A stretch of DNA of 64,000 nt from Octopus vulgaris (GCA_951406725.2 OX597820.1:117738001-117802000); one strand, 5' to 3'. Positions 1-12,453 are shown, numbered from the stretch's first letter. Numbers and translations: made by a program. The notes: generated from the letters alone by a model not told the origin.

Positions 1-223
1 ACTCTTGAGTGTCACACCAAAACACCTGTTCAATGGCAGTTGTTCGGAAGGTACCCCTTGCTGTTCTCTCACCCTGTAGCAAGACTCGATGCCAGGAAGT
101 GGTCAGAATACTCTCAGATATAATGCTTATCCATTTACATGGTTTTAAATTAATCATGCATAGCTTTGAGAATGATGTTTATAAAATTGAATGAAACGAG
201 AAACAGGAAACAAGAACACTTAC

Positions 224-409
224 CATTTTCCATGCATAGAAGTGCATGCTGGTTAATTTTCCATAGTTTGGTTCCGCAATATGTAAATTCAGGGACTGAC
301 TTTGATCGATATAAATTCCTCGGTCAGCTGCCATTTTGATCACAATTTTCTGGGAGATTTCCCAAACAGTTTTGTAGAGTTTTTTAAGGTCATCAGGAAC
401 ATCCATGGA
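224..409 (-). CDS. RRM1: RRM1 exon 17 ([21 protein letters not shown]...MHFYAWKM); final exon outside window
   Basis: 186 nt, AG/GTAAG; [10 protein letters not shown] and IDQSQSLN motifs; no stop codon reached. Confidence 0.96.
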
Positions 410-2119
410 CTAAGACAGAGGAAAATGGTGATTTAGAAATACAATCAGAAATAGAGATATCAATTCTTAAAACAGCTGAGGATTTAGTTAGTTAATTTTT
501 TGGCTCAAAAGCAAAAAGCAAGGCCATGTAGGGGGACATGGAGTTAAGTACAGGGTGGTGTTCATGTAAAGAGTTCAGGCCACTTAAGGTCAAGGGAGAC
601 TTTGAACAAAGCGGTCGTCGGCATTTATTTCTACTGGGCAGAAGGATTTACAACATGATGGTCAGTACTTTGTTACTGGGCATTAATCTTGAGCTCAAGA
701 GGATTATATTTATTTGGGGCTTCTTCGGTTATGTGTTCCAGTTGATCTGATCAACAGAAGAGCCTGCTTGCGGAAGTGGTCGAGTACTCCACAGACACAC
801 ACCCTCAACGTACTTCTCAGAGGTTCAGCTGGACGCAGAAGGTGACAAGATGGCTATTTTGAAATACAGATACGACTCACTTTTGCAAACTGGAGCAATG
901 AGAAATAAAGTGTCTTGCTCAAGGACACAAGGCACTGCTGGGAATTGAACTCATGACCTTATGATTATGATCCAACTACCCTAACCACTAAGCCATGCTC
1001 CTTCAAAGGAGGAGGACAGATTCATATTAACTTCAGTGTAAGGGTTTGCACTGAGAATGTAACTGAATACACAGCAACCTGTTTGGGCTCTCCCAATACA
1101 GGAGACCTTCATAATCAATAATTTCTAATTAATGGCACAAAGTCACCAATTTGAGGAGGAAGGAAGCAAGTTAATTACATCGCTGCCCACCCCAGTACTT
1201 GTCCGTTACTTTCTTTTATTGACCCCAAAAGGATGAAAGCTAAAGCCAGGAGAAATGCAGCTAAAGATTCTGCCAGTTGCCATGAGAATTCTTTAAACAC
1301 ACCAGCATCGGTTGTCAAGCAATGTTGGGGAGACAAACACATATGCATACATATTATAAATATATATATATATATATAGTAGAAATATGTTACGAAAAGA
1401 AAATATAAAATACACGTGGAAATGTAAGGGTAAAATATGAAAAATCAACGAAAATGCATATTGCAAATAAAAAAAGGCTATTTATGACAGGTAACGACAA
1501 ATATATACATTTAGATGGACTGAGGTAGTAATACGAGTCATAAAGGTCATTATTATGAGATGATAATAAAGTAAGAGAACAAAACGAACCAATAGTTTAC
1601 GCGAAGGCTATTCATCGTTTTTGAATATATATATATATACACACACACACACACGACAGCCTTCTTTCAGTTTCTGTCTACTAAATCCGCTCACAAGGCT
1701 TTGGTTGGCCAGAAGCTATAGCAGAAGACACCAGCCCAAGGTGCCATGCAGTGGGACTGAACCCAGAAGCGTGTGGTTGGTAAGCAAGCTTCTTACCACA
1801 CAGTCACTCAAGAATGGTTTAAAAACACAATGCATCTCTTTCCATCATCCTTTGAAATTCTCAATTCAAATTTTGTCGAGGTGACTTCCCCCCTTTTCTT
1901 TGCTTAAATATCCTGCACTTTGTGAACCAAACTGTGATTGGTTATAGGTTTTCAGTGGGACAGTCACTGGTTTGCAATATTTCCTATTTTGTGAGGAACA
2001 ACGAAGCGTATGGGCAACTCTGGCAGGATAAGAAGATATTCTTAAAATGCACCCATTCACTGCTAGGTTCATTGCCAATTACATCTTTCACACACAAGTC
2101 TCCAACAATTAACATGAGC

Positions 2120-2432
2120 AAATGGTGGCACATAAAAAGCCTCTTCCGAACGTGACCAATGCCAGCACCAACTTGACTGGCTTCTGTGCTGGTGGCACGT
2201 AAAAAAAACAACCGATCATGGCCGCTACCAGCCTCCCCTGGCACCTGTGCCAGTGGCACGTAAAAAGCACCCAGTACACTCTTGGAGTGGTTGGTGTTAG
2301 GAAGGGCATCCAGCTGTAGAAACTCTGCCAGATCAAGATTGGAGCCTGGTGCAGCCTTCTGGCTTCCCAGATCCCCGGTCGAACCGTCCAACCCATGCTA
2401 ACACGGAAAACGGACGTTAAACGATGATGATG
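2120..2432 (+). mobile_element. RTE-type LINE 3' tail / related short element (representative copy)
   Basis: GGTTGG(C/T)GTTAGGAAGGGCATCCAGC...CGTTAAACGATGATGAT tail; more than 10 copies (3419, 4250, 13398, 15630, 19625, 23580, 26618, 43235, 45680, 46195, 47040). Confidence 0.7.
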
Positions 2433-3145
2433 ACATTTCTTTTATCAAGCACTGAGGAAACCTGATGCTATAAGATACTCAGCCCCATGATAGGTATCAG
2501 ACATGTTCTGGAGACAATTACTTCCTTCCCGTTCCATCCATGGCCTTCTATCAGTGAGACAATCCATACAACAATATGTTGGGGTTTTTTTATCAAGCAA
2601 AGGGAAGTAACTCCAAAGAGAAAAATTAGAGGATAAATGGTAAAATGTTGGTGGCCATCAAAATGTGTGATTTGTCGTCAGTGATGGGCACCAAGGATAA
2701 GCTTGCTCTAGGGACTGCGGCCACACTGGGGCACCACCTTCTATGATTTCAAACAAATCCACTACTTATCCCGTTGGTCTTTTTTAACCAAACTAAGTAA
2801 CAAGGATGTAAACAAACCAACACTGCTAGTCGAGGAGAAAACACAGCTTTGGGCATCGCTTCAGGTACATTGACGGTTAAGGGATTAGGTGTATGATACT
2901 GGGGGAGGGGGATTAATTAAAGAAAGATGCGGCTGCTTAATAAAGATGACAAACGAATGATGTTGACAATACTTAAACCCCAATCAAGCAGACTTTCTTG
3001 ATCGAAGACGATCCGCGCATGACCATCCAGCTGTGTCTTTCTTTAAGATATTAGAGTACAATTTGAAGATGTGGCTGCTGTTTCTAGTGGTCAAGCAAAT
3101 ACAAAGCAGCAATGACCACCAAACTTCGAAAGATGGTTGACTCAC

Positions 3146-3241
3146 CTGAATGGAACCATTGTTGGCAATCAGTTCATTTTTCATGTCGCCATTCCACAGA
3201 CCAAGTTCTGTGAGGTCTTTCAACAAATGATGATTGACAAC
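3146..3241 (-). CDS. RRM1: RRM1 exon 16 ([32 protein letters not shown])
   Basis: 96 nt, AG/GTGAG; NGSIQ motif. Confidence 0.96.
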
Positions 3242-5131
3242 CTAAAAGAGAACAAAATTTAACCAATTACATCAAAACAATATAGTTTACCAAATTATTT
3301 GGATTTAATATAATAACCATTAAAAGAGAACGATGGGTTGATTTCCTTTACTGTATATTCCTCACAATTTACCAAGATTTATTGTTTAGTTCCCAATCAA
3401 TCATTAACAAGTTGAGAATCATCATCATCGTTTAACGTCCGTTTTCCATGCTGGCACGGGTTGGACGGTTCAACTGGGGTCTGGGAAGCCAGGATGCTAC
3501 ACCAGGCTCCAGTCTGATCTGGCAGAGTTTCTACAGCTGGATGCTCTTTCTAATACCAACGACTCAGAGAGTGTAGTGGGTGCTTTTTACGTGCCACCAG
3601 CACAGGTGTCAGGCGAGGCTGGCAATGGCCACGATCGGTTGGTGCTTTTAAAGTTATTTTACCCTTTTTGAAGACAGCACTAACGAAATGATGCCATTTG
3701 AGGAATATCAGGTTGCTATTTCTAGCACTTTGACCATGACATGTAAAGCCTCCCTTTACTGCCAGTGAAATTCTAAAAGTGTTACAGCATATTTTTTTCT
3801 TTAATCCTAAACTTTAAGTCACCAGGAAATTCACGGTAACCTTGACTGATTCAGAATTTCTGTAAGTCAATAAACTGGAATCAGTCGACCCCTAAAGCCT
3901 GTGCCTGAAGAAAACTTCAAGACATCTCTACAAACGAACAAAAAATAAGTACAGAACTGTTGCATATAGATACAAGCTGCCTATATTTATATACATGGAC
4001 TCCTTGATATTACTGTCTTGAGTCCTACAACTCCTGGCTGGTTGCCCAAATTCCATGTCCCTGTAAGTAACCAAAATCACAACATGTGCCTTGGACGAGA
4101 TCCTGGTCCATTACAGGGTTCCCCATTCACAGCAGAGTGTTCTGCAGCACATGCGAAATGAAATGTTTAGCTTCAAGAACACAACGCACTGCTTGCTCTG
4201 GGAAATGAAACCACAATTTTGCAACCATAAATACAACACCAACACCTATCATCATCATCGTATAACATCCACTTTCCATGCTGGCATGGGTTGGACGATT
4301 TTGACTGAGGGCTGGCGAACCAGATGCCTGCACCAGGCTCCAATCTTGATCTGGCAGAGTTTCTACAGCTGGATGGCCCTTCCTAACGCCAACCACTCCA
4401 AGAGTGTAGTTGGTGCTTTTTACGTGCCAGTCAGGCGGTACTGGCAACGACCTCGCTCATCATCATCATATGTCCACCTTCCATGCTGGACAGCTTGACA
4501 GGAACCGGCCAGGCAGAAGCCTGTACTAGGCATCTGTGGCTGTTTTGGCAGGGTTTTTACAGCTGGATGCCCTTCCTAACACCAACCACCCAGCAGAGTG
4601 GACAGAGTGCTTTTTTACGTGGCACTAACACAGGCAAGGTCAGTTTTGGCAGGACTTTTACAGCTGGATGACCTTCCAAATGCCAACCACTTTACAATGT
4701 GAACAGGATGCCTTTTATTTGCACCTAAATTTTCCATTTGTCTGCACAATCTTTTCTACTCTCGGCACAAGGCCCAAAATTTGGGGGGATGGAGAGAGTC
4801 AATTAAATCAACCCAGTATTCAACTGGTACTTAATTCATCAAGGACAAATGGTAAAGTCAACCTCAGTGGAATTTGAACTCAGAACGTAAAAGGCAGACG
4901 AAATACCGGTAAGCGTTTCACCTGGCATGCTAACGTTTCTGCCACCTCATAGAACTACTGGCCATACAAATACCATTTTGTTTAAACTGCACAATAGCAT
5001 CCTCACAGATAAATGAGGGACCTCCATGCAGTCCCTGTCTACCAATTCCACTTGGCAGCCTGAAGATATAGAAGAAACCTGTCCAAGGTGCAATACAGAG
5101 GGATGAATTATATGAAAATAAGGATAATTAC

Positions 5132-5267
5132 CATGAATTCTCCGGACAAAACACGTCTTGTATAAATATTGCTGGTATAGGCTTCAATGGACTCGTTATT
5201 TCCAAGAATCTGTGCTGTGGAAGCAGTTGGCATCGGAGCCAGTAACAGGCTGTTCCTTACTCCATGT
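5132..5267 (-). CDS. RRM1: RRM1 exon 15 ([45 protein letters not shown])
   Basis: 136 nt, AG/GT; [16 protein letters not shown] signature. Confidence 0.98.
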
Positions 5268-6396
5268 CTGTAACAAATAAGTATTACCTGTGTAACATAA
5301 GTTCAGGTGAGAGAAACTAACATGCAGAAACAAGATTTTTTCCCTTTTCTTTTGCTCGTCTTTCATTTTGAGACCCTATCATGCTTTCCTTCATAAAATT
5401 TTAGCAGAAATATTTCCATTTGTCCTTTCCAAAATATTTCTAACCTTCTAGCATCTAAACCAACCATATCTGACCAAGACATTCTGCTTGGCATTCAAAC
5501 TGACCAGGGCTGGCCTCTCACACTGACCTCACAATGTCATTCCAGAAATTAAACAATTACATTGACATCACAAAGCTGAGATAATGAATAATATTTTTTT
5601 TTTAAATGTGAATAAATAAGCATTAAACTTGACAGAAGAATCTGAATGCAAAACGGTTAAAGTCTGTGTCTGTGATTACTTTCTCTCAATGGCAGCTTTT
5701 CGAGAATTTCTTACACTGACACTGAAAAATTCCGCGGAACCTTAGGGTTCCGACAGTACAGTCCAGGGGTTCCACAAGAAGTTACAAAACTGCTAAAATC
5801 GGCAGTAATTTTTAATTCTTCTGTGCGGATATGTGTGCATAAGACTATTAAATTATTGCACAGGGGTTCCTCGAGCCAGTGGAATGTTTCCTTGGGGTTC
5901 CGCTCCAGCAAAAAGGTTGAAAAGCACTGAAATAGGTCTTCATGTTTCTTTATTAGCCACAAGGACCCAAACATAGAGGGGGACAATACAGCCTGATTGG
6001 GGTCAGACATACAATGATTATATGACTTTTAAAATTTTACAAGATTAAATAGGTCTTCAATTAATTACTGGTATTTCTATCTGATGATTCTAAAAGGAGG
6101 GAAAACAGAGGAATATAGCTGAACTAAATGTAATTCTGCCAAAAGCGCTCTTCTTCATAATTCATAAATAAACTTTAGAATTTGCAAACCCTGCAAACAC
6201 ACATGGCTACAGGTGTCAACTTATTTAGCATCTACCTTTTACCATTTCTTTCTGTCATTGGATTGTGGCCATGCTGGGGCACAGCCTTGAAGGGTCGAGT
6301 TAAAAATCAACCATAGTTCCTTTTTTAAGAACAGTACTTATTCTAGAAAATTACTATTTTTAAATCTCACGAGAGATATTCAGCAACAGTACTTTG

Positions 6397-6674
6397 GAGT
6401 AAAAATTATTTACCAACATAACATGGTAATCCTGGTTTAGGACGAATGTTGCTGTAATTTAGCCCCGGGAGATATCGTCTCCAGCTGGCTATACAACATG
6501 ATCTGTGTCCTTATATTTTCGAACAAGGGGGTGCTAGATTCCCTTGTCCAAAAATATAAGGACACGGATCGTGTTGTACAGCCAACTGGAGACGATGTCT
6601 CCTGGGGCTAAATTACAGCAACATTCGTCCTAAACCAGGACTGCCATGTTATGTTGGCAAATAATCTTTACTTC
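6397..6674. repeat. Fold-back inverted repeat (about 130-bp arms)
   Basis: Arms pair from AGTAAAAATTATT inward to a roughly 10-nt loop near 6535. Confidence 0.9.
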
Positions 6675-8235
6675 TTTATTTCATGTTGCTCCAGTGTTGT
6701 GCGGGGCAGAGCATGTCAAAGAATGGAAGTTTCTTCTGCATGTCACAGAAGTTGACTTAAAAGAAGCTGAAACAGGATTTGCACTGCAACCTCGTAAAAC
6801 CCTCTCCAGCCATGACCACCCAAACAGACTGATGGGTTGGAGAGTTGGCACCTGAGTGGTGCAGAAGTCTAACTTTCAATTCTTAAAACTGAAAGCTGTT
6901 TGTTCCATTTCATGTTTCTAAAAGCAGTTTTCTTTTGGGCAAAATTCACTTTTTCCAGTAATTTTTAAGTCTCAAACCTTGAATTTAATGATTAACCTTC
7001 AGACTGAAGGCTTAAACAGGAATATTATTGGCTCAGTTAGGCCAACAAAACACCTGTAAATCATCGCTAATTGGAACAGTTCACCTGGCTGAAAACTATA
7101 AAATAATAGATTGTACATAAATTCGTTTGTGAAGAAGGGCAGACAACTGCTGTAGGATTAAAAATAAATGGTTGATTGGTTGGTTACGAGTTTAAGGGGA
7201 TTATTTGAGACATTGAGAAATTTAAGAGTACAAAGACATTTAAGTAGTACAGTGGTTCAATTCTCAGTTAATGCTTGCATTTCTTTTGTGCAAAGAGGGA
7301 CAGCTTAAGTCATTTCTCATTAAAATTAGTCAATTGCACCTATATTTAATGCTCTCTGAGAAACGCATGAACAAATCAACACCACACTAGGATGAAAATG
7401 AATTCTTTATCCTTAATTTTAGGGATCTCCCAGATATAAGACATGAGTGCTTGCCTTCACATCTTCAAAACTAACAGTGATACAGGACAGATTAAGGTTA
7501 TAAAAAAAAAAAAAAAAAGAATTTTCTTAAAATACAAATCCTGATATAAGTATAAGTCTAAAGTATTCCAGCTATGACATTCCAAACTAATGCTTTATAA
7601 AGATATTGAGTTGGTACATAATTATTGTGGCTTTTTTTTTTCCACCAAATTTTATTCAACAAAAACAATAACATGTAATAAAAACATCTTTAAATGATTA
7701 TTCTGGAGCATATTCACCATCTACTTCAATTACTGCTTCCCATTTGCTTGGCAGACGGTCAGAGTGTCATTTAAAGAGGTTTTCATTAAATATTACGGAG
7801 ATGTACTTGCATAGCAAGTGACTTGATCTGAGATCGTGTGCTAGAACGAAAACAATTGCAGCGTGGAAGGTGTTTGTAAGCCATTTAAGAAACACACAAA
7901 AGCCGTTCGATTCAATTCAACATTTAAGTTTAATTTGTCAAAATATTTTCGACGCTTTAAGACCGCGACCTGTTCACTGACAAAAATCCGTGCTGCAGCA
8001 CAAGATGCAGCACGGATTTTTGTCAGTGAACAGGTCGCGATCTCTAAGTGACGAAAATATCATTAAATATTGTTTTTGTTGAATAAAATAAGCTGCAATA
8101 ATTATGCACCAACCCAATAGTATGTTGTGATTAAAGGGAGACGTGGCTAAGTTTTGTAGGTTTAGCAGCCCCATAGAGGTTCCGTCAATGACTGGAGACG
8201 AATGGAAACACAAACAGTTAATGGCTAAGTCTTAC

Positions 8236-8312
8236 TTGGCAATTCGGTCTTTGAGTGCAGCCCAATCATGCATCGGATGTGGTTCTGTTTCCCACATGTC
8301 ATATTGAAGAAT
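8236..8312 (-). CDS. RRM1: RRM1 exon 14 (ILQYDMWETEPHPMHDWAALKDRIA)
   Basis: 77 nt, AG/GTAAG; ILQYDMW motif. Confidence 0.95.
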
Positions 8313-8579
8313 CTAGAAAAAGAAGAAAATATTTATAGCATCTAAAATACTAATAGAATTACTTCTTGATTATCGTGTAACGAGGATTTTTTAACCCATT
8401 AAGTCCCAGAGTAATTAAGTTTCTGAATATTACTTTTAAATGTTTACAGATGATTGAAAATAGGTTAAAATGAAAACAAATAATTATTAAAACTCCTTTA
8501 CTTCAGTAGAAATGGAAATACTCAGTCTCCTATAAATAGGACACTGAGACAATGTGATATAGCTTACTTAATAGAATAG

Positions 8580-8836
8580 TTGTATACTGTCAACTTAACG
8601 TGACAGTAGGGGATTACACCACCGTTGTTTAGCCCTAGGAAGCATCGAACGCTTCCTGTCGACTTCGACACATTTACCGTGTCCTTATATATTTACGAAG
8701 GGGGTATTTGTCTTCCCTTCGTAAATATATAAGGACACAGGAAATGTGTCGAGGCCGACAGGAAGCGTCGATGCTTCCTAGGGCTAAACAACGGTGGTGT
8801 AATCCCCTACTGTCACGTTAAGTTGACAGTATACAA
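8580..8836. repeat. Fold-back inverted repeat (about 122-bp arms)
   Basis: TTGTATACTGTCAACTTAACGTGACAG... is reverse-complemented at 8810-8836; loop near 8706. Confidence 0.9.
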
Positions 8837-8929
8837 ACACTATCACCCCACCACCGTACATATCTCTATGAGATATTTAGAAATTCAATATTTCTGATTT
8901 ACTTAATACAGTTCTATATTTAAGAGATG

Positions 8930-9470
8930 AGGAATTATTTACATTCGACGGATATTTGTCCTCATCTTGTTTGTTAACACAATGTTTCAGCTGATATACC
9001 CTCCAGCCTTCATCAGGTGTCTTGGGGAAATTTCGAACCTGGGTTCTCATTCCTAAGGTATTGTTCGATATTATTATTATTCAGATCAATGCCTGGAATC
9101 AAACTCGGAATCTTGGGGTTAGTAGCCCGCGATCTTAACCACTACACCATATGCCCGTGGGCAATTATGAAGTGAATATTTAGGGCTTATAAATCTAATA
9201 TTTTCTTATCCTTCTTTAATACCAGTTCCCATATGCTACTCATATCTGCATTAGGTCTGCTTAGGAGGTTGTTGTGTCTTAGCATATGTGCTGCTTCTTT
9301 TAGTTTTCGTATTTTCCAGTGGTGTTCTCTGTCTATTATTTTAACTTCATCCCACAGGTTCGTAATTTCCCCAAGACACCTGATGAAGGCTGGAGGGTAC
9401 ATCAGCTGAAATGTTGGGTTAACAACAAACAGGATGAGGACAAATATCCAGCTAATGTAAATAATATAGC
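8930..9470 (-). mobile_element. Penelope-like retroelement 3' fragment with an inverted terminal repeat
   Basis: GIY-YIG C-terminal-like WDEVKIIDREHHWKIRKLKEA at about 9190-9355; about 110-bp inverted repeat (8935-9045 vs 9352-9465), each arm carrying CTGATGA...GAAA. Confidence 0.75.
8977..9020 (-). ncRNA. Type I hammerhead-ribozyme motif (Penelope-associated); inverted twin at 9376-9419 (+)
   Basis: ACAC-CTGATGA-A-GGCTG(loop)CAGCT-GAA-ACAT-T-GTGT; stem III has CpG-type decay. Confidence 0.55.
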
Positions 9471-10101
9471 TTATCTAATGTTCTCATTTAGTGTCCCTAT
9501 TTATAGGACAGTGGGACTTAATGGGTTAAGGAGAATTCATTTAAGAAAGCAAATAACTGAAACTGAATAGACATCCAAGTTGAAATGCTGCAGCAGGGCC
9601 ACGCTCCTTATTCCAACCAATACAACAATCTTGCAAATCATCTGCTTCTACTCAGCTTGAAGAGTGACCGAAGCATCTCATCACCATTATCTCTTGCAGC
9701 CCCTAGTGATCCCTTTTCTTTCACACACCCCCTCCCTTTCCCCCTATTAGATGGGAGTAGCCATGCAGTCCTTCTTCACGAACCTGCTCTACTCTCCACA
9801 GTAAACCCTTGAGCCCTAGCATGAGGCTGACATCCCACACCTCTCCCAGGCCTTGTAGTCTTGGGAACTGCATGCTGACCGCTGCAGGTGACAAAAAAAT
9901 GTGACACGGACATCAAATGATGAAAGTGTAGGGTCAACGCAACTGACCCCTATCCTGCAAGTTGGCATCTAACATTGACTGGTCTAATGACAATCCCATG
10001 TGAAAAAAGAAATTAGGGATTTTATTAACTTGAATTTTTTTTTTCTTCCATAAACTTTACCAGTTCAAGAGAGAGTCAAAACTTCAAAAAGACCCACTTA
10101 C

Positions 10102-10323
10102 ACCTTTGCTCACGGGGCTACCATCGTAAGTCTCGTAAGGACCAAATTTTTCAGCAAGTTCACAACTCGTCTCTAAGGAAGCAAAGTAGATCGTAGCAAA
10201 GATTTGTTTATTGAGTTCTTGAGCTTCTTCGCTGTCAAACGGGTATCGCATTAAAAGGAAAGCATCGGCCAAACCTTGGACACCGATGCCAATCGGTCGA
10301 TGCCGCATGTTGGATCGTTTTGC
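10102..10323 (-). CDS. RRM1: RRM1 exon 13 ([20 protein letters not shown]...GSPVSKG)
   Basis: 222 nt, AG/GTAAG; [12 protein letters not shown] motif. Confidence 0.98.
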
Positions 10324-10401
10324 CTGGAAGAGACAAAGAAAAACACAAATACAAAATCATTAGCGAAGAGAATCAAGAGGTTTGGGCAGAGCAATGTTTA
10401 T

Positions 10402-10620
10402 CCCTTTAGCATTCAGATTATTCTGTCAAATATAATATTTATTCATCCATATTGTTTTAAGCTAATCATGCATTATTTCGTAGCTTTAAGATTTCCATGA
10501 TGTTATCACCTGGTTTTAGATTGACATTATAGGTTGGTGTGAGATACCAAATCTGGGCAGTTTTAACAGAAAACAGGTAGATTATTTGGGCCGGATATGG
10601 CCGGTTTAAACACTAAAGGG
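10402..10620. mobile_element. piggyBac-type MITE (TTAT target duplication)
   Basis: CCCTTTAG...CTAAAGGG termini flanked by TTAT on both sides. Confidence 0.75.
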
Positions 10621-10865
10621 TTATGTAGGAAGTCTTAATGAACCTTTATCAGTGATGGTATGACGTCATGCCACCACCGATAAGGGTTTAATAAGCCTCG
10701 CTACCTAAGCCCTCAATCTCAGGAAAGTGAGTGTCGTGGAATGAAGTAGAAAACCAACGAACACTGATTTATTTCCCAAACATCAGGGTTTTTATAACTG
10801 CTGATATCTGAATCCTAAGAACCCTATTCATAAAAGATTTCTCTTTGACCTAAGTTTGAATTTAA

Positions 10866-11075
10866 CCCTTTAGTGTTTAAACCGGCCCCAATATTCTACA
10901 TGTTTTATATTCAAACTGGCCATATCCAGCCTCTTACACCTAACCTACATTAACATTCTAAAAATAGACAATCACATCATTGAAACCTCAAAGCTAGAAG
11001 ATAATGCATGATTAATTCAAAACAATTTGAGTGAGAATGTATTACATTTAACAGAGTAATCTGAACACTAAAGGG
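10866..11075. mobile_element. piggyBac-type MITE (TTAA target duplication), inverted relative to 10402-10620
   Basis: TTAA-CCCTTTAGTGTT...AACACTAAAGGG-TTAA; a more decayed relative lies at about 5440-5660. Confidence 0.8.
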
Positions 11076-11347
11076 TTAAATATGGGCAGTAATTTTAATC
11101 AAGAGAAAAACTAATAATTACACATATCCGGCCAACCAGTTATGTATTAGTGGTGCAGTAGTAAATGGTAGTTGGGTTGGGTGTTGAGAAGAAAGGGCAG
11201 AGTTAGTTTAGGAAGGAACAGTAGGCAAGTGGATTAGGGACCACCATTGGCGGTTCATATCCACTTTCCATGCTGGCACTAGTTGGACGGTTCAACAGGA
11301 GCTGGCATGGCTGGGGGCTGCACCAATGGAAAATTAAGATAGCTTAC

Positions 11348-11497
11348 CTCTTCCACAGGATAACAGTTGGTGTCGATAATTTTGTTGAGATTTTTAACGA
11401 TTACTTTGGTGACAGATTTCAATTTATCAAAGTCAAAAGTGCGATCTGGTTTAACAAACATATTCAACGCAATGGAAGCCAAGTTACAAACAGCCAC
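11348..11497 (-). CDS. RRM1: RRM1 exon 12 ([15 protein letters not shown]...NCYPVEE)
   Basis: 150 nt, AG/GTAAG; AVCNLAS second redox cysteine. Confidence 0.97.
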
Positions 11498-12009
11498 CTG
11501 GAAAACAAGAAAATATCAATGCTATAATCATCATTGTTTAATGTCCACCTTCCATGCTGGTCTGACAAGAGCCGGCCAGGCAGAAGCCTGCACCAGACTT
11601 CTGTAACTGTTTTGGCAGGATTTTTACAGCTGTATGCCCTTCCTAACACCAACCACTCAGCAGAGTGGACTTGGTGCTTTTTACATGGCACAAGCACAGG
11701 CAAGGTCAGTTTTGGCAAGGTTTTTACAGCTGAGGTCAGTTTTGGCAAGGTTTTTACAGCTAAATGCCTTTCCTAACACCAACCACTTTACAGTGTGGAC
11801 TGCGTGCTTTTAAGTGGCACTTGCACTGACAGGGTCAGCAAGTACTTGCAAGACAAAAATGTATACATACATACATGCACACACAGACACACCTATATCA
11901 TCATTCTTTAGCATCTGTTTTCCATGCCAGTATGGTGTGGGCTGGACCATGCCCATGTCTTTATACACACACACACGAGTTGGCAACATTAATGACCAAA
12001 ACCACTTAC

Positions 12010-12453
12010 CTCATCTGGTGCCGTGTATTCAACAATTTCTGTACATAAATTACTGCATTTTATTGTCCCAAGGTTTTGTTGGTTGCTCTTACGGTTACAA
12101 GAGTCCTTGTACAGCATGTAAGGCGTACCAGTCTCTGTTTGAGCTTCTATAACTGCATACCAGACTTGCTGAGCTTTCAGAGTTCTTTTACCTTTACCAG
12201 CTTTTTCATAACTGATATACAAGTCTTCAAATTCCTTTCCCCAAACATCGGAAAGGCCTGGGCATTCATTGGGACACATCAGGGTCCAATCACCATTTTG
12301 TTCAACTCGTTCCATGAAAAGATCAGGAATCCAGAGGGCGTAGAACAAGTCTCTGGCTCGCTGTTCGTCCTTTCCAGTATTCTTTTTGCAATCAAGGAAG
12401 TCAAAGATATCAGCATGCCAGGGTTCTAAGTAAATCGCAAAAGCTCCAGGGCG
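12010..12453 (-). CDS. RRM1: RRM1 exon 11 ([13 protein letters not shown]...[17 protein letters not shown])
   Basis: 444 nt open frame, AG/GTAAG; catalytic NLCTE thiyl-radical motif. Confidence 0.98.

Noticed and set aside
1984-2396. Recurrent ORFs of type WMPFLTPTT / LDALPNANHS at many loci
   Set aside because: Translations of a dispersed non-coding retroposon tail, in several frames and on both strands
11814-12429. Plus-strand ORFs overlapping RRM1 exon 11
   Set aside because: Antisense shadows of the real coding exon; no recognisable protein
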